From a virus, in the IMG/VR virus record IMGVR_UViG_3300025168_014097, positions 17,686 through 81,685 of that record: a stretch of 64,000 nt of DNA; one strand, 5' to 3'. The notes under the pieces are model-generated. The model saw only the letters and a list, made by a program, of their open reading frames with translations, did no database searches and was not told the origin of the DNA. This document shows, piece after piece, positions 1 through 9,447 of this stretch; positions within the stretch are counted from its first letter, which is position 1, and each line of letters starts with the position of its first letter. The position numbers and the translations under genes are program-made.

Positions 1-1
1 A

Positions 2-691
2 ATACGCCTTGATCGCGTCATCTATATGATTATAGGTTCTAACAGAATTTAAGTTTCCATGTCGTACTTCATATATTCCATTTTTCTCTCCTTTTGCGAT
101 TTGACGTGCAAACGATGATACTGCAAATTCTTTTCCTCTTCTAGCTCCTTCATGACTAAACATTCGAGTAGTTATAATTTTCATTCCAAACGCTTTGTGA
201 TAATATTGAGACATTAAATCATGTCCTACTTTCGATATTGAATATGGATTAGCTGGTCGAATTGGATTATTTTCAGTTATTGGAATTTCATGTGGTTCTG
301 GATTACCATATACCTCACTTGTAGACACACTTATTATAACCGGATCCATTTCATTTGATTTTATTGATTCTAATAAATGAGTTGTTCCCAATACATTTGT
401 ATGCAATGTTACAATTGGATTTTTGAAGCTAGATTCTGGAAAACTTTGAGCTGCAAAGTGAAATACTTTATCCGGTTTGGATAGCTTAATCGCTCTATCA
501 ATACTAGCATAATCCATTAAATCGCCTCCATAAAGTACAACTCTCGGATTGTCGATTAGATGCTCTATATTTGTAGTATCTTCCATCCATCTTTTAAACC
601 CATAAATTTGATCATCTGTGTGTTCCAGAATATAGTCTGCCATATGGCTACCTACAAATCCTGTAATGCCTGTGATAAATATTTTACTCAT
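2..691 (-). CDS. gmd: GDP-mannose 4,6-dehydratase-like NDP-sugar dehydratase/reductase (3' end runs off the window)
   Basis: Not in the ORF track; translated by hand from ATG 691: MSKIFITGITGFVGSHMADY...FHFAAQSFP...STSEVYG...NPYSISKVGHD...TRMFSHEGARRG. Has the GxxGxxG and YxxxK motifs of extended SDRs and the AAQS motif typical of GMD. Confidence 0.8.
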   Translation of the reverse strand, partial: MSKIFITGITGFVGSHMADYILEHTDDQIYGFKRWMEDTTNIEHLIDNPRVVLYGGDLMDYASIDRAIKLSKPDKVFHFAAQSFPESSFKNPIVTLHTNVLGTTHLLESIKSNEMDPVIISVSTSEVYGNPEPHEIPITENNPIRPANPYSISKVGHDLMSQYYHKAFGMKIITTRMFSHEGARRGKEFAVSSFARQIAKGEKNGIYEVRHGNLNSVRTYNHIDDAIKAY

Positions 692-1166
692 TTTTATCTC
701 TTCCCCATAGAATTGGATTATTATGTGGCCATTTGAAATTCCACGATGGATCATTCCAATGTACAACAAATTGATTTTCTATATCATTATAAGAACCCTC
801 AAACGCTTGCTTGTAATGGAACGTGCATGTATCACTTAATACAAAATGACCATTTGCACAACCTGGAGGAACCAATACTTGTTTTCTATTAGCATCTGAT
901 AATACAAACCATTCTGATTCACCGTAGGTTTCTGACTCCTTACGACAATCAGCTACAACTAGATAGAATTCACCCTGCACACAATTGATCAGCTTCCATG
1001 TTTTATCATCACCGTGTAATCCTCGCAGTACATCTTTTTTAGAATGTGAAAACTTATCCAATCTCCAATTCAAATCTGGATAATCATCACTGGTCCACGT
1101 TGTGTATATGTCTCCACGAAAGTCTTCATGATGAGTTGGATTAAAAGTTTTTAGATCTTGAATCAT
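684..1166 (-). CDS. rmlC: dTDP-4-dehydrorhamnose 3,5-epimerase (RmlC cupin)
   Basis: DFRG, SHSKKDVLRGLH, KLINCVQGE, VPPGCANGH and WNDP motifs. Start placed at ATG 1166, which overlaps the upstream stop (ATGA). Confidence 0.85.
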   Translation of the reverse strand: MIQDLKTFNPTHHEDFRGDIYTTWTSDDYPDLNWRLDKFSHSKKDVLRGLHGDDKTWKLINCVQGEFYLVVADCRKESETYGESEWFVLSDANRKQVLVPPGCANGHFVLSDTCTFHYKQAFEGSYNDIENQFVVHWNDPSWNFKWPHNNPILWGRDKNE

Positions 1167-2071
1167 GCAACTACCTCTTCTGATACATTCTCCAGATACC
1201 ACTCAATGGTTTTACGGACACCTTCTTCAAAACTAGTTTGTGGTGTGAATCCATATTTTTTTGCTCGACTTGTATCTAATACTCTTCTCATATCACCTTC
1301 TGGTTTTTCTGGCGAATATTCAATAGTTCTATCAAAATAATTAGCTACTATTTCAGCCACAGCTTTGATTGATATACCATGTCCGCTAGCTAAGTTTACT
1401 GGTTCAGTAACTTTATTTTCTACCATATGAATCATTCCCTGAGCTACATCTTCTGAATAGATTAAATCTCTAACGGGTGCGCCAGTTCCCCAAACGTTTA
1501 GTATTTCATTCAAATGTCCTTTCTTAATTAAAGATGGAACAACCATTGAATGCTCACCAAAATTATCATGCGGTCCATATACATTTGCAGGTCTTACTAT
1601 TGATACTTTATTCCAATCGTTTTCAATTGCATATGCTTGTGCTTGCAATTCACCCATTCTCTTTGCCCAAGCTGGGAATGTATCATTTTTTGTAGGAAAT
1701 GTTTTCCACACATCATCTTCGGTTAATACTTCAGCTTGCTCATATACTCCAACAGAACTTGTATACAAATACCATTCTACTCCTGCATCTTTAGCAGCTT
1801 CCATCATATTAGTGTTAAACTGTAACATTGGTACAAAGTATCTTGCTGGTTTTTCTACAGCTGTTTGTGGACTACCTTTGATACCTGCTAGATGCATTAC
1901 GATATCCATTCCTTTACATATTTCTTGACATACACATCTTTCTCTTAGATCTGTTGGTAGGTCTGTTGGATATACACGTGCACCTTTTTCTTGTAACATT
2001 TTTACTAATGATTTTCCAATCATTCCGTTAGCACCCGTTACTAATATTTTTTTATCTTTTAAATTTATCAT
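1163..2071 (-). CDS. NAD-dependent NDP-sugar epimerase/reductase (GDP-fucose synthase-like)
   Basis: VTGANGMIG, HLAG, YTSSVGVY, RPANVYGPHDNF, VWGTGAPVRDLIYSED. The usual YxxxK reads PAWAK here. Confidence 0.8.
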   Translation of the reverse strand: MINLKDKKILVTGANGMIGKSLVKMLQEKGARVYPTDLPTDLRERCVCQEICKGMDIVMHLAGIKGSPQTAVEKPARYFVPMLQFNTNMMEAAKDAGVEWYLYTSSVGVYEQAEVLTEDDVWKTFPTKNDTFPAWAKRMGELQAQAYAIENDWNKVSIVRPANVYGPHDNFGEHSMVVPSLIKKGHLNEILNVWGTGAPVRDLIYSEDVAQGMIHMVENKVTEPVNLASGHGISIKAVAEIVANYFDRTIEYSPEKPEGDMRRVLDTSRAKKYGFTPQTSFEEGVRKTIEWYLENVSEEVVA

Positions 2072-2075
2072 ATCT

Positions 2076-2858
2076 TTACTCTACTACAAAATAAGAAACT
2101 CTTGATGCAAATTTATATCGTTTCAATGTTATATTATTCAATCCAAAAACTTCCATTAATGCTAATGTTTCACCTGGTGAATCTGGATCATTTAATTCAT
2201 CAAAAGCCACTACACTACCTTTTGTAAGTCGTGGTCTGATTGCTTCCAAACACTCCTTGGTAGGTTTATATAAATCAAAATCAAAATATGCTAATGATAT
2301 GATAGTCTCTGTATTGTCTTCTAGGTATTTATGTATTGTTTTAGTTGCATCACCTTTTACTAATTCAAATTTCTTAATATGTGATAAAGGATTATCATCC
2401 TCAATATTCTGGACTACTTTGGATAAGTATTTATCATAGTCATCTGTAAGTGCTAATCCTCCTTCAACCATCAGAGATGATTCGCCATCTTCTGGTGTAA
2501 TTTCTGGAAACCCTTCGAAGGTGTCAAATGCTACTATCTTTTTATGTCTATTGAAAGGTTCGTATATACCACGGAGGGCTGCAAATAATGCTGCATTGTG
2601 TCCCCATCTAGTCCCAAGATCCATCACAATACCATGTACATCAATTTGTTTTTGATATATGTGATTCATAAATAAAATCCTAGATAGATTTTTTGAATTT
2701 AAAAATAATCCTAGATTTGGTAGTACTTGTTCTTTCGGTATCGGACATTCTCTCAATAATTCGTATAATTCGAGTCGTTTCTTTGTTTCTAATTTATTCT
2801 CATACTCACCATAAAAAGGGTCTTGGCCGTTTGCATGCTTTGTGTTGTTGTCAGTCAT
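2076..2858 (-). CDS. TylF/MycF-like sugar O-methyltransferase
   Basis: DLGTRWG, FDTFEGFP, LVKGD, YFDFDLYKPT and FDE motifs of the TylF family. Confidence 0.75.
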   Translation of the reverse strand: MTDNNTKHANGQDPFYGEYENKLETKKRLELYELLRECPIPKEQVLPNLGLFLNSKNLSRILFMNHIYQKQIDVHGIVMDLGTRWGHNAALFAALRGIYEPFNRHKKIVAFDTFEGFPEITPEDGESSLMVEGGLALTDDYDKYLSKVVQNIEDDNPLSHIKKFELVKGDATKTIHKYLEDNTETIISLAYFDFDLYKPTKECLEAIRPRLTKGSVVAFDELNDPDSPGETLALMEVFGLNNITLKRYKFASRVSYFVVE

Positions 2859-2877
2859 TTTTATTCTCCTTTATTGT

Positions 2878-3981
2878 TTATTTTTCCCAAACTAGTGCTG
2901 GGATTTCTTTGTTCCATCCAAAAGCTATTACCCAAGCCCAAAATCTTAACCTACCTTCGATCAAATCAAATTGAGTATCGTTTACACGCTTGAGCCTGAT
3001 AGGCTTTAGGAATATTCCTTGTTCTATTTCTTCTGATAATTCTATTGGGGATGGCGTCATTCCCATTGCATTTTCTTTTGCTTCTTCTATTGTTTGATAT
3101 ACTTTACGATTGTAGTCATTAGAAACTCTAATCTGCTTTGTATCTATATTTCTTGTCGGTGTTACCAACTGTACTGACATTGATTCATAATCATGGTCTG
3201 TTAATTCTATATCAGCTGATTTTGCATTTTCCAATGCACGTGATGGTTTTGACGTATTTGGGATTACTATTACGTTTGGATCTTGTATCAACCACCTTAA
3301 AACTATTTGTCCTGGAGTACATTTATATTTCTCTGAAAGAGCATTTAGATATTCTGATTGGTATGATCCATTTGCCAACTTTCCTTGTGCTAATGGACTA
3401 TATGCGATGAGCTTGATATCATTATTTTCACAGAAGGGTAATATGTCCTTCTCTACTGACCGTTCAAAAAAATTATATTCTGCTTGTATGCAAGCTAAGT
3501 GATGACCTTCAGAAGTTAATGCAGTAACCGCATCTTGTGCTTCTGATAGTAGAAAATTACTGACACCTACATGTCTAACCTTCCCTTCCTTTACTAAAGT
3601 ATTCATTGCTCTCATCGTTTCACTAATTGGGAAATTTGGATTTGGCCAATGTACTTGGAATAGATCGATTCGGTCTGTTTGCAATCTTATAAGACTATCT
3701 TCAGCTGATTTTATAACACCTTCGTATGTAGTATCGTTTGGAGATACTTTACTTGCTAAAAATACTTTTTCTCTACCTATTTTTTTCAATGCAGATCCCA
3801 ATAAAGTTTCAGATAATCCATCTCCATATACTGGTGCAGTATCTATAAAATTTACACCATTATCTACAAAGCATGATAGTGTTAGGTCTAGATTCTTTCC
3901 ATCTTCCTTATCTGGTAGGTGGAATCCAGTACCAAAACCTATTGCAGAGACGCTATCCGATCCTAAGTTACGATAAATCAT
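2878..3981 (-). CDS. Aldo/keto reductase with C-terminal ParB/Srx-like segment
   Basis: IGFGT, FIDTAPVYG, LASKV, IDLFQVHWP, GVSNF, AYSPLAQG (AKR). C-terminal KPIRL...DLIEGRLRFWA...EIPALV resembles ParB-N. Confidence 0.85.
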   Translation of the reverse strand: MIYRNLGSDSVSAIGFGTGFHLPDKEDGKNLDLTLSCFVDNGVNFIDTAPVYGDGLSETLLGSALKKIGREKVFLASKVSPNDTTYEGVIKSAEDSLIRLQTDRIDLFQVHWPNPNFPISETMRAMNTLVKEGKVRHVGVSNFLLSEAQDAVTALTSEGHHLACIQAEYNFFERSVEKDILPFCENNDIKLIAYSPLAQGKLANGSYQSEYLNALSEKYKCTPGQIVLRWLIQDPNVIVIPNTSKPSRALENAKSADIELTDHDYESMSVQLVTPTRNIDTKQIRVSNDYNRKVYQTIEEAKENAMGMTPSPIELSEEIEQGIFLKPIRLKRVNDTQFDLIEGRLRFWAWVIAFGWNKEIPALVWEK

Positions 3982-4874
3982 TATATATCTCTAATCTTAG
4001 TAATTATTGAATCAACATCTATTCCATATTTTTGATGTAGCCATTTTCTATCTCCATACTCAAAATATTGTTTATCTTCCAATGCTATCCTTTTCAGTTT
4101 AATAGAGAGGTTATTGTCTGTGATGAACTCGCTGATTGCACTACCAATTCCACCAGTTATTGAATTTTCTTCAATGGTGATAATTTGTCGAGCGTGATAT
4201 ATTAATTGTTCTAAATTATTTGGTAATGGACTTATTCTAATTAAATCTATCAATCCATACTTTAATTCCTTTGCAACTTCTAATGCTACATGAGTCATGT
4301 ATCCAGTACTTATAATAACTGTATCATCAAATTCGCGTATTTCATTTGCAGCTTCACATCCATCCGTATACAATTCTGGGAATGTTCCTTTATCAATTCT
4401 TACATAAGCTGGTGATGAATTGTTATAAACTTTTTGTGCACAATCTTTAGCTGACTCAGCATCGGATGGGTTAAAAATTTTCATCTCAGGCATTACTCTC
4501 ATAACACCTATATCATGTATTGCATGATGAGTTGGTCCATCTTTGGAAAATGACAATCCTGCTCCACATCCTATTATAGTAACATCTAAATTCATACTAC
4601 ATATATTTGCTTTTATATGCTCATAACACCTCATTGTAATGAACGGAATTATAGAATACACGAATACTTTTTTTCCAGCTAACGCTAACCCAGTTGCTAT
4701 TAATACCATGTTTTGTTCTTGTACACCCACATTTATGAATTGGTCTGGAAAATCTTTTTTATATTTTCTAATACTGAACGCATCTGCATCCGCCGTTATG
4801 AATACTACGTTTTTATCTTTTGCTGCAATATCATATATTTCGTCGAAGAAAGCATCTCTAATATCTATACCCAT
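3981..4874 (-). CDS. Split transketolase, C-terminal (pyrimidine-binding) subunit
   Basis: FINVGVQEQNM, GLALAG, DGPTHHAIHD, YVRI, ITIEENSITGGIGS. Confidence 0.88.
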   Translation of the reverse strand: MGIDIRDAFFDEIYDIAAKDKNVVFITADADAFSIRKYKKDFPDQFINVGVQEQNMVLIATGLALAGKKVFVYSIIPFITMRCYEHIKANICSMNLDVTIIGCGAGLSFSKDGPTHHAIHDIGVMRVMPEMKIFNPSDAESAKDCAQKVYNNSSPAYVRIDKGTFPELYTDGCEAANEIREFDDTVIISTGYMTHVALEVAKELKYGLIDLIRISPLPNNLEQLIYHARQIITIEENSITGGIGSAISEFITDNNLSIKLKRIALEDKQYFEYGDRKWLHQKYGIDVDSIITKIRDI

Positions 4875-5686
4875 TTTAGAATCTCCTCTTTTAATTCTAC
4901 TTCAGCTAAATCAAATTCTTCATCTGTTGGAACAGAGTGGTGCCATTTTATTCCAGATTCCATAAATGAAACTCCTTTTCCTTTTACGGTGTCTGCTATA
5001 ATAACTGTTGGTTTATTTATTTTTAGATATCGGTGTTCTAAGCCATGACATATTGAATCGTGATTATGGCCGTCTATTGTTTCAACATTCCAACCACAAG
5101 CTGTAAATTTTTCTTCAAGATTATCATTTTCGATAAAATCTGTAACGGATAGTCTATTTCTATCAACAATCACAGTCAAGTTAGTTACATTTTTCTGAGC
5201 TGCAAACATGACGGACTCCCAAATGGATCCTTCTTCACATTCTCCATCTCCCACTAAAGAATACATGTGTTGATCTGGTTTTGCCATAGCTAATCCAGTT
5301 GCAATTCCAATCGCATGTCCGAGTGATCCAGTGTTTGTTTCTACTCCTGGTATATTAAAGTCTAATTGTCCACCATAAATACTACCATCAATTCCATACA
5401 TTGCTATTTCAGATTTAGATATGATTCCAAGATCAGCTAAGATTGCATATATTCCCAAACACGCGTGTCCTTTACCTACTATTAATCTATCCCTATCTTC
5501 CCAATCTGGATCGTTAACTCTGTAGCAAAATGCACTTGGTCCGTAGTACAAAGCTACTAATATATCCATACAAGAATATATTCCTCCAAAATGTCCGAGT
5601 CGAGCTTGTTTTATCATTTCCAAAACTTTTAATCTCATCTCAGCTGATTTTTTCTGCAAACTTCCTGTTGGATATAAATTATCCAT
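4865..5686 (-). CDS. Split transketolase, N-terminal (ThDP-binding) subunit
   Basis: GHFGG, RDRLIVGKGH, TGSLGH, GDGECEEGSIWE, DGH, TVKGKG, WHH. Confidence 0.88.
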   Translation of the reverse strand: MDNLYPTGSLQKKSAEMRLKVLEMIKQARLGHFGGIYSCMDILVALYYGPSAFCYRVNDPDWEDRDRLIVGKGHACLGIYAILADLGIISKSEIAMYGIDGSIYGGQLDFNIPGVETNTGSLGHAIGIATGLAMAKPDQHMYSLVGDGECEEGSIWESVMFAAQKNVTNLTVIVDRNRLSVTDFIENDNLEEKFTACGWNVETIDGHNHDSICHGLEHRYLKINKPTVIIADTVKGKGVSFMESGIKWHHSVPTDEEFDLAEVELKEEILKWV

Positions 5687-7341
5687 TATACATTTCCTCC
5701 AAAAGGTTCTATAATTTTTTGATTACAGTCACAAACAACTTCTACCAACATAGGTGTATTAGTTGAAAATATTTTTTTAAGATCCGATTCAATATTATTA
5801 TAATCTTCAATAATATAAAATGGCAACTCAAACGCTGCAGCTACTTTTTTAAAATTCAATACCGTATCATCATCTGTATATCTAGCACCAGTCATATCAT
5901 CTTGCGATTTTCGGATAGATGCGTATCCACCGTTATTTATTACAAATGTTTTTATGTTTAGATTGTTATACGATATAGTTCGCAACTCTTGTATATTCAA
6001 TTCAATTGAACCATCTCCTACAATAGTAATTACCTGAGAGTCTGGTTGAGTTGCGCTAGCTCCTATGGATAAAGGTACTGCTAATCCCATACTATAAAAA
6101 GCTCCAGAAGTTAAATCTCGCTGTCCTTGTTTTAGTTTAAGTGTTTGAGATACTGCATAATTAGAACTTCCCGCATCACTAACAAATACTGCATTTTCAG
6201 CTGCATACTTACTTACAGTTTGTAAAAAACGGTATGAGTTTATTGGATTTCCTATCTGCTCTGTAGTTACAATTGGATTGGATGTTTGATATTCTTTACA
6301 TGTATCTAACCATCCACTATATCGATTCCACTCAGTGGTTTTTTCAATCTCTGAATTCAGCTCAGTCATAAATAATTTCAAATCAACTTGTAATGGAATA
6401 TCAACTTTAAGACCTGGTTTTTTCATTTCAGTTTTATCAATATTTACCATTATTAGTTTTTTCACAGATTCAAAATAATTATACTCCGGACCTGCCTGTG
6501 CATGGGTTAGACTAGTTCCTAGAGCTAATACTAAATCACATTCCTTCATAATTTTAGATGATGATAAATTTCCTCTTATACCACCCATTCCAAAATAACA
6601 CTCATCTTCATCTGTTAGAATATCATTAGCTAATCTTGCAGATATTGCTGGAATTCTCAATTCGTTCAGTAAGAATCTTAACTCGTCAATACTATCAGAT
6701 GTTCTGACTCCTTGTCCAAATACAACCAAAGGTTTTTTACACTTACGCAGTTCAGTCAATACTTTTCCTATATTAATTTTTTTGCTTTTATGTTGATGTG
6801 GTTTAAATCCTTTTAAATTAGAGATATTGATTTCTTGTGATTGTACATCGAATGGAATATCTAACCAAACTGGTCCTGGTCTTCCTGTCGTTGCTTCGTG
6901 AATAGCTTTTTCTAAATGAAATCGAATATCATTTGGATCATCAACACGAACTGCATATTTTGTTATATTTTTTACATTGTCAATAATATTGAATCCTTGA
7001 ATACCAAATGTTCTAGCTTTATCTGATAACTGTTTAGTTCCTACTTGTCCTGATATTACGAGTACTGGTGCTGAGTCCACCCACGCTTCCGCTACACCAC
7101 TAATTGCATTCGTTCCACCAGGTCCGGTTGTTGCTATAACAACTCCTACATCATTCAAAAGTTTAGAATATGCAGAAGCCATTCCAACAGCTGCAGCTTC
7201 GTGTCTTGCACAAATATATCTCATACCTTTTTGATGAGCAAATGCATCATCTAAGTATATAGAACCAGTACCCGAAAGCATGAATACATTCTTTACTCCA
7301 TGATTATTTAAGAATTCAGCTATAAATTCTGATGCATTCAC
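5686..7341 (-). CDS. Acetolactate synthase-like ThDP enzyme (YerE-type carboligase candidate)
   Basis: RHEAAA, TTGPGGTN, ISGQV, GRPGPVWLDIPFD, MG, GDGS...NNGGY. Confidence 0.88.
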   Translation of the reverse strand: MNASEFIAEFLNNHGVKNVFMLSGTGSIYLDDAFAHQKGMRYICARHEAAAVGMASAYSKLLNDVGVVIATTGPGGTNAISGVAEAWVDSAPVLVISGQVGTKQLSDKARTFGIQGFNIIDNVKNITKYAVRVDDPNDIRFHLEKAIHEATTGRPGPVWLDIPFDVQSQEINISNLKGFKPHQHKSKKINIGKVLTELRKCKKPLVVFGQGVRTSDSIDELRFLLNELRIPAISARLANDILTDEDECYFGMGGIRGNLSSSKIMKECDLVLALGTSLTHAQAGPEYNYFESVKKLIMVNIDKTEMKKPGLKVDIPLQVDLKLFMTELNSEIEKTTEWNRYSGWLDTCKEYQTSNPIVTTEQIGNPINSYRFLQTVSKYAAENAVFVSDAGSSNYAVSQTLKLKQGQRDLTSGAFYSMGLAVPLSIGASATQPDSQVITIVGDGSIELNIQELRTISYNNLNIKTFVINNGGYASIRKSQDDMTGARYTDDDTVLNFKKVAAAFELPFYIIEDYNNIESDLKKIFSTNTPMLVEVVCDCNQKIIEPFGGNV

Positions 7342-8270
7342 TATTGGTCTCCTTTTGAAGTTCTTGGCGTCACACTATGTTTTGGCTCTGCTTTATTTTC
7401 TACTCTATCAGCTTCATATTTCCACTTCGAATCACCTAATAACTTTTCTAATTCATCTTCCTTGATTTCATAGAAATTTTCTGATGCTGGGAAAACTCCA
7501 CCTCTTACCTCATCTCTATATTGTTCTAACGATGATTTAATTAACTGTCCTGCTTCACAATATCTCTTTACAAATTTAGATTTAAAGTCCCAGAATAATC
7601 CTATTAAGTCATGCATGATTACCAATTGACCATCTACTTCATCACCTGCTCCAATACCGTAAACTGGTATATCCAATTCTTTAGCTATCATTGCAGCTGG
7701 TTCTTTTGGCATTGCTTCTAACAATAATGCTGAGCATCCTGCTTCTTGTAAAGCTATAGCTTGATTAAGTACAAGTTCAGCTTGGTCAGCTGTTTTACCT
7801 TGCACTCTATATCCACCCATTTTTGCTCTCGTATGAGGAGTCAATCCTAAATGACTCATAACCATAATCCCAGAATCGCATATAGCTTTAATTCTTTCTA
7901 CCATTGCTCCTTCCACTTTAACCATATCCATTCCCGCTTTTATAAATCTACCAGCGTTTTCTACTGCGCTTTCATTTGATATTTGATATGACATGTAAGG
8001 CATATCACCTATTAAAAATGCATCACTAGCACCTCTTGATACAGACTCTGCTGCTGATATCATTTGATCCATAGTTACTGGGATTGTTGTTTTATGACCT
8101 AATGTAGTCATCCCCAACGAATCACCAACTAGAATTACATCTACTCCTGCTCCATCTGCAATATATGCTTGTGGATAATCGTAAGCTGTTACAGCTACAG
8201 TTTTAATTCCTTCTCTTTTGTGCTTTCTCAACTTAATAATAGTTGTTTTTGTTTTGCTATCTGCTGCCAT
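7341..8270 (-). CDS. panB: Ketopantoate hydroxymethyltransferase (PanB) family
   Basis: TAYDY, LVGDSLGM, DMPYMSY, VKVEG, HLGLTP, GIGAG, DGQLVIMHDLIG. Confidence 0.9.
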   Translation of the reverse strand: MAADSKTKTTIIKLRKHKREGIKTVAVTAYDYPQAYIADGAGVDVILVGDSLGMTTLGHKTTIPVTMDQMISAAESVSRGASDAFLIGDMPYMSYQISNESAVENAGRFIKAGMDMVKVEGAMVERIKAICDSGIMVMSHLGLTPHTRAKMGGYRVQGKTADQAELVLNQAIALQEAGCSALLLEAMPKEPAAMIAKELDIPVYGIGAGDEVDGQLVIMHDLIGLFWDFKSKFVKRYCEAGQLIKSSLEQYRDEVRGGVFPASENFYEIKEDELEKLLGDSKWKYEADRVENKAEPKHSVTPRTSKGDQ

Positions 8271-8282
8271 GTTATTTCTCCT

Positions 8283-8813
8283 TTATTTATCGTTATAATG
8301 ATCACCATACTCTATTAGTAATGTCGATCCTTTCCTTTCATATGCCTTTTCAAATTCAGACACAATTTCTTTTGGTTCGTTTAATAGTACTATTTTTATT
8401 TCACCCAATATAGATTGCAATGCTTCTGTATAATCTATAGTGTGTTGGACGCCTCCGTTCAATGGAGTCGTAGACCCAATTGAAGTTCTTATGATTACTT
8501 TTGGTTTCCAATTATTCTCAGTCATTATTTGAAATTTATCTAAATGATTTACTAATTGATCCATTGCTCTCATTAGGAAATCAAACCGTGGATAGCAACT
8601 AATTGGCGTTAAACCTTCCAATGCCATACCAGTTGCTATACCCATTTGTACTTCTTCAAATACTGGCATTTCCAGTCTTTTATCTTCTGATACTGTACTT
8701 AATGTATTAAATATAGCATTGCCACTATACGATACTGATTGACCTAAAAAAATCGTATCATCTTTTTCAGCTAGCCATTCCATTGCTTTAATTATTTCGT
8801 CTTTATATTTCAT
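8283..8813 (-). CDS. Short 2-oxoacid dehydrogenase E1-beta-like subunit (pyrimidine-binding domain only)
   Basis: FLGQSV, EMPVFEEVQMGIATGMAL, DQLVNH, IIR, GVQH. Start placed at ATG 8813, behind a GGAG. Confidence 0.75.
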   Translation of the reverse strand: MKYKDEIIKAMEWLAEKDDTIFLGQSVSYSGNAIFNTLSTVSEDKRLEMPVFEEVQMGIATGMALEGLTPISCYPRFDFLMRAMDQLVNHLDKFQIMTENNWKPKVIIRTSIGSTTPLNGGVQHTIDYTEALQSILGEIKIVLLNEPKEIVSEFEKAYERKGSTLLIEYGDHYNDK

Positions 8814-8823
8814 AACATCTCTC

Positions 8824-9447
8824 CTAGAATAAAACCCAATTGCCAGTTCCGTGGTGTGGAAATACTCTATCATATTTATAATAAATTACATCCTCTGGAA
8901 CATCTCTTTTTACACCACCCCAAGTTTCGTCAGTTGGTGTGTTAGTACTCATATTATTATCTTCTACTACAAACTGTAATGGTAAATCAAAATTCTTTGC
9001 ATATTTATATGCTTCATAAAACAATCCACTTTCAAATGTCATATCACCAATGAAACACCAAGTCTTTCTATCACTTCCCATTTCTTTCTGAGCTTTAGCT
9101 GTACCTAATGCTATTGGAATAGTTCCTCCTACAATAGATGAAGTATACAGTTTTGGTTCTTTAGAATAAACACTCATACTTTTTCCACGAACAATTAGGT
9201 CCTTCAAGATTTCTTGATCGACACCGTGTAATAATGCGTGATAATGATTTCTCCAACTAGAGAATACCCAATCATCTGGGTGAACATATTGAAATATATC
9301 TATCAGATTATCTTCATTCCCTCCTGATAAATGAACAGGGCCTGGTATTTTTCCAGCTTCATATATTAATTTAATATCTTCCTCAAAATCTATGAGATCT
9401 TTTGCTGTTAAGTTAACATCTTTATGTTTTATCAATCCTGGCTTCAT
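8824..9447 (-). CDS. Short 2-oxoacid dehydrogenase E1-alpha-like subunit
   Basis: GPVHLSGGNE, WRNHYHAL, SIVGG, FIGD...FYEA, VVEDN. Confidence 0.8.
   Translation of the reverse strand: MKPGLIKHKDVNLTAKDLIDFEEDIKLIYEAGKIPGPVHLSGGNEDNLIDIFQYVHPDDWVFSSWRNHYHALLHGVDQEILKDLIVRGKSMSVYSKEPKLYTSSIVGGTIPIALGTAKAQKEMGSDRKTWCFIGDMTFESGLFYEAYKYAKNFDLPLQFVVEDNNMSTNTPTDETWGGVKRDVPEDVIYYKYDRVFPHHGTGNWVLF

Noticed and set aside
3981-9447. Transketolase, pyruvate dehydrogenase and acetolactate synthase as central-metabolism genes
   Set aside because: The subunits are split or truncated, E2/E3 and the ALS regulatory subunit are absent, and all are embedded among NDP-sugar enzymes.
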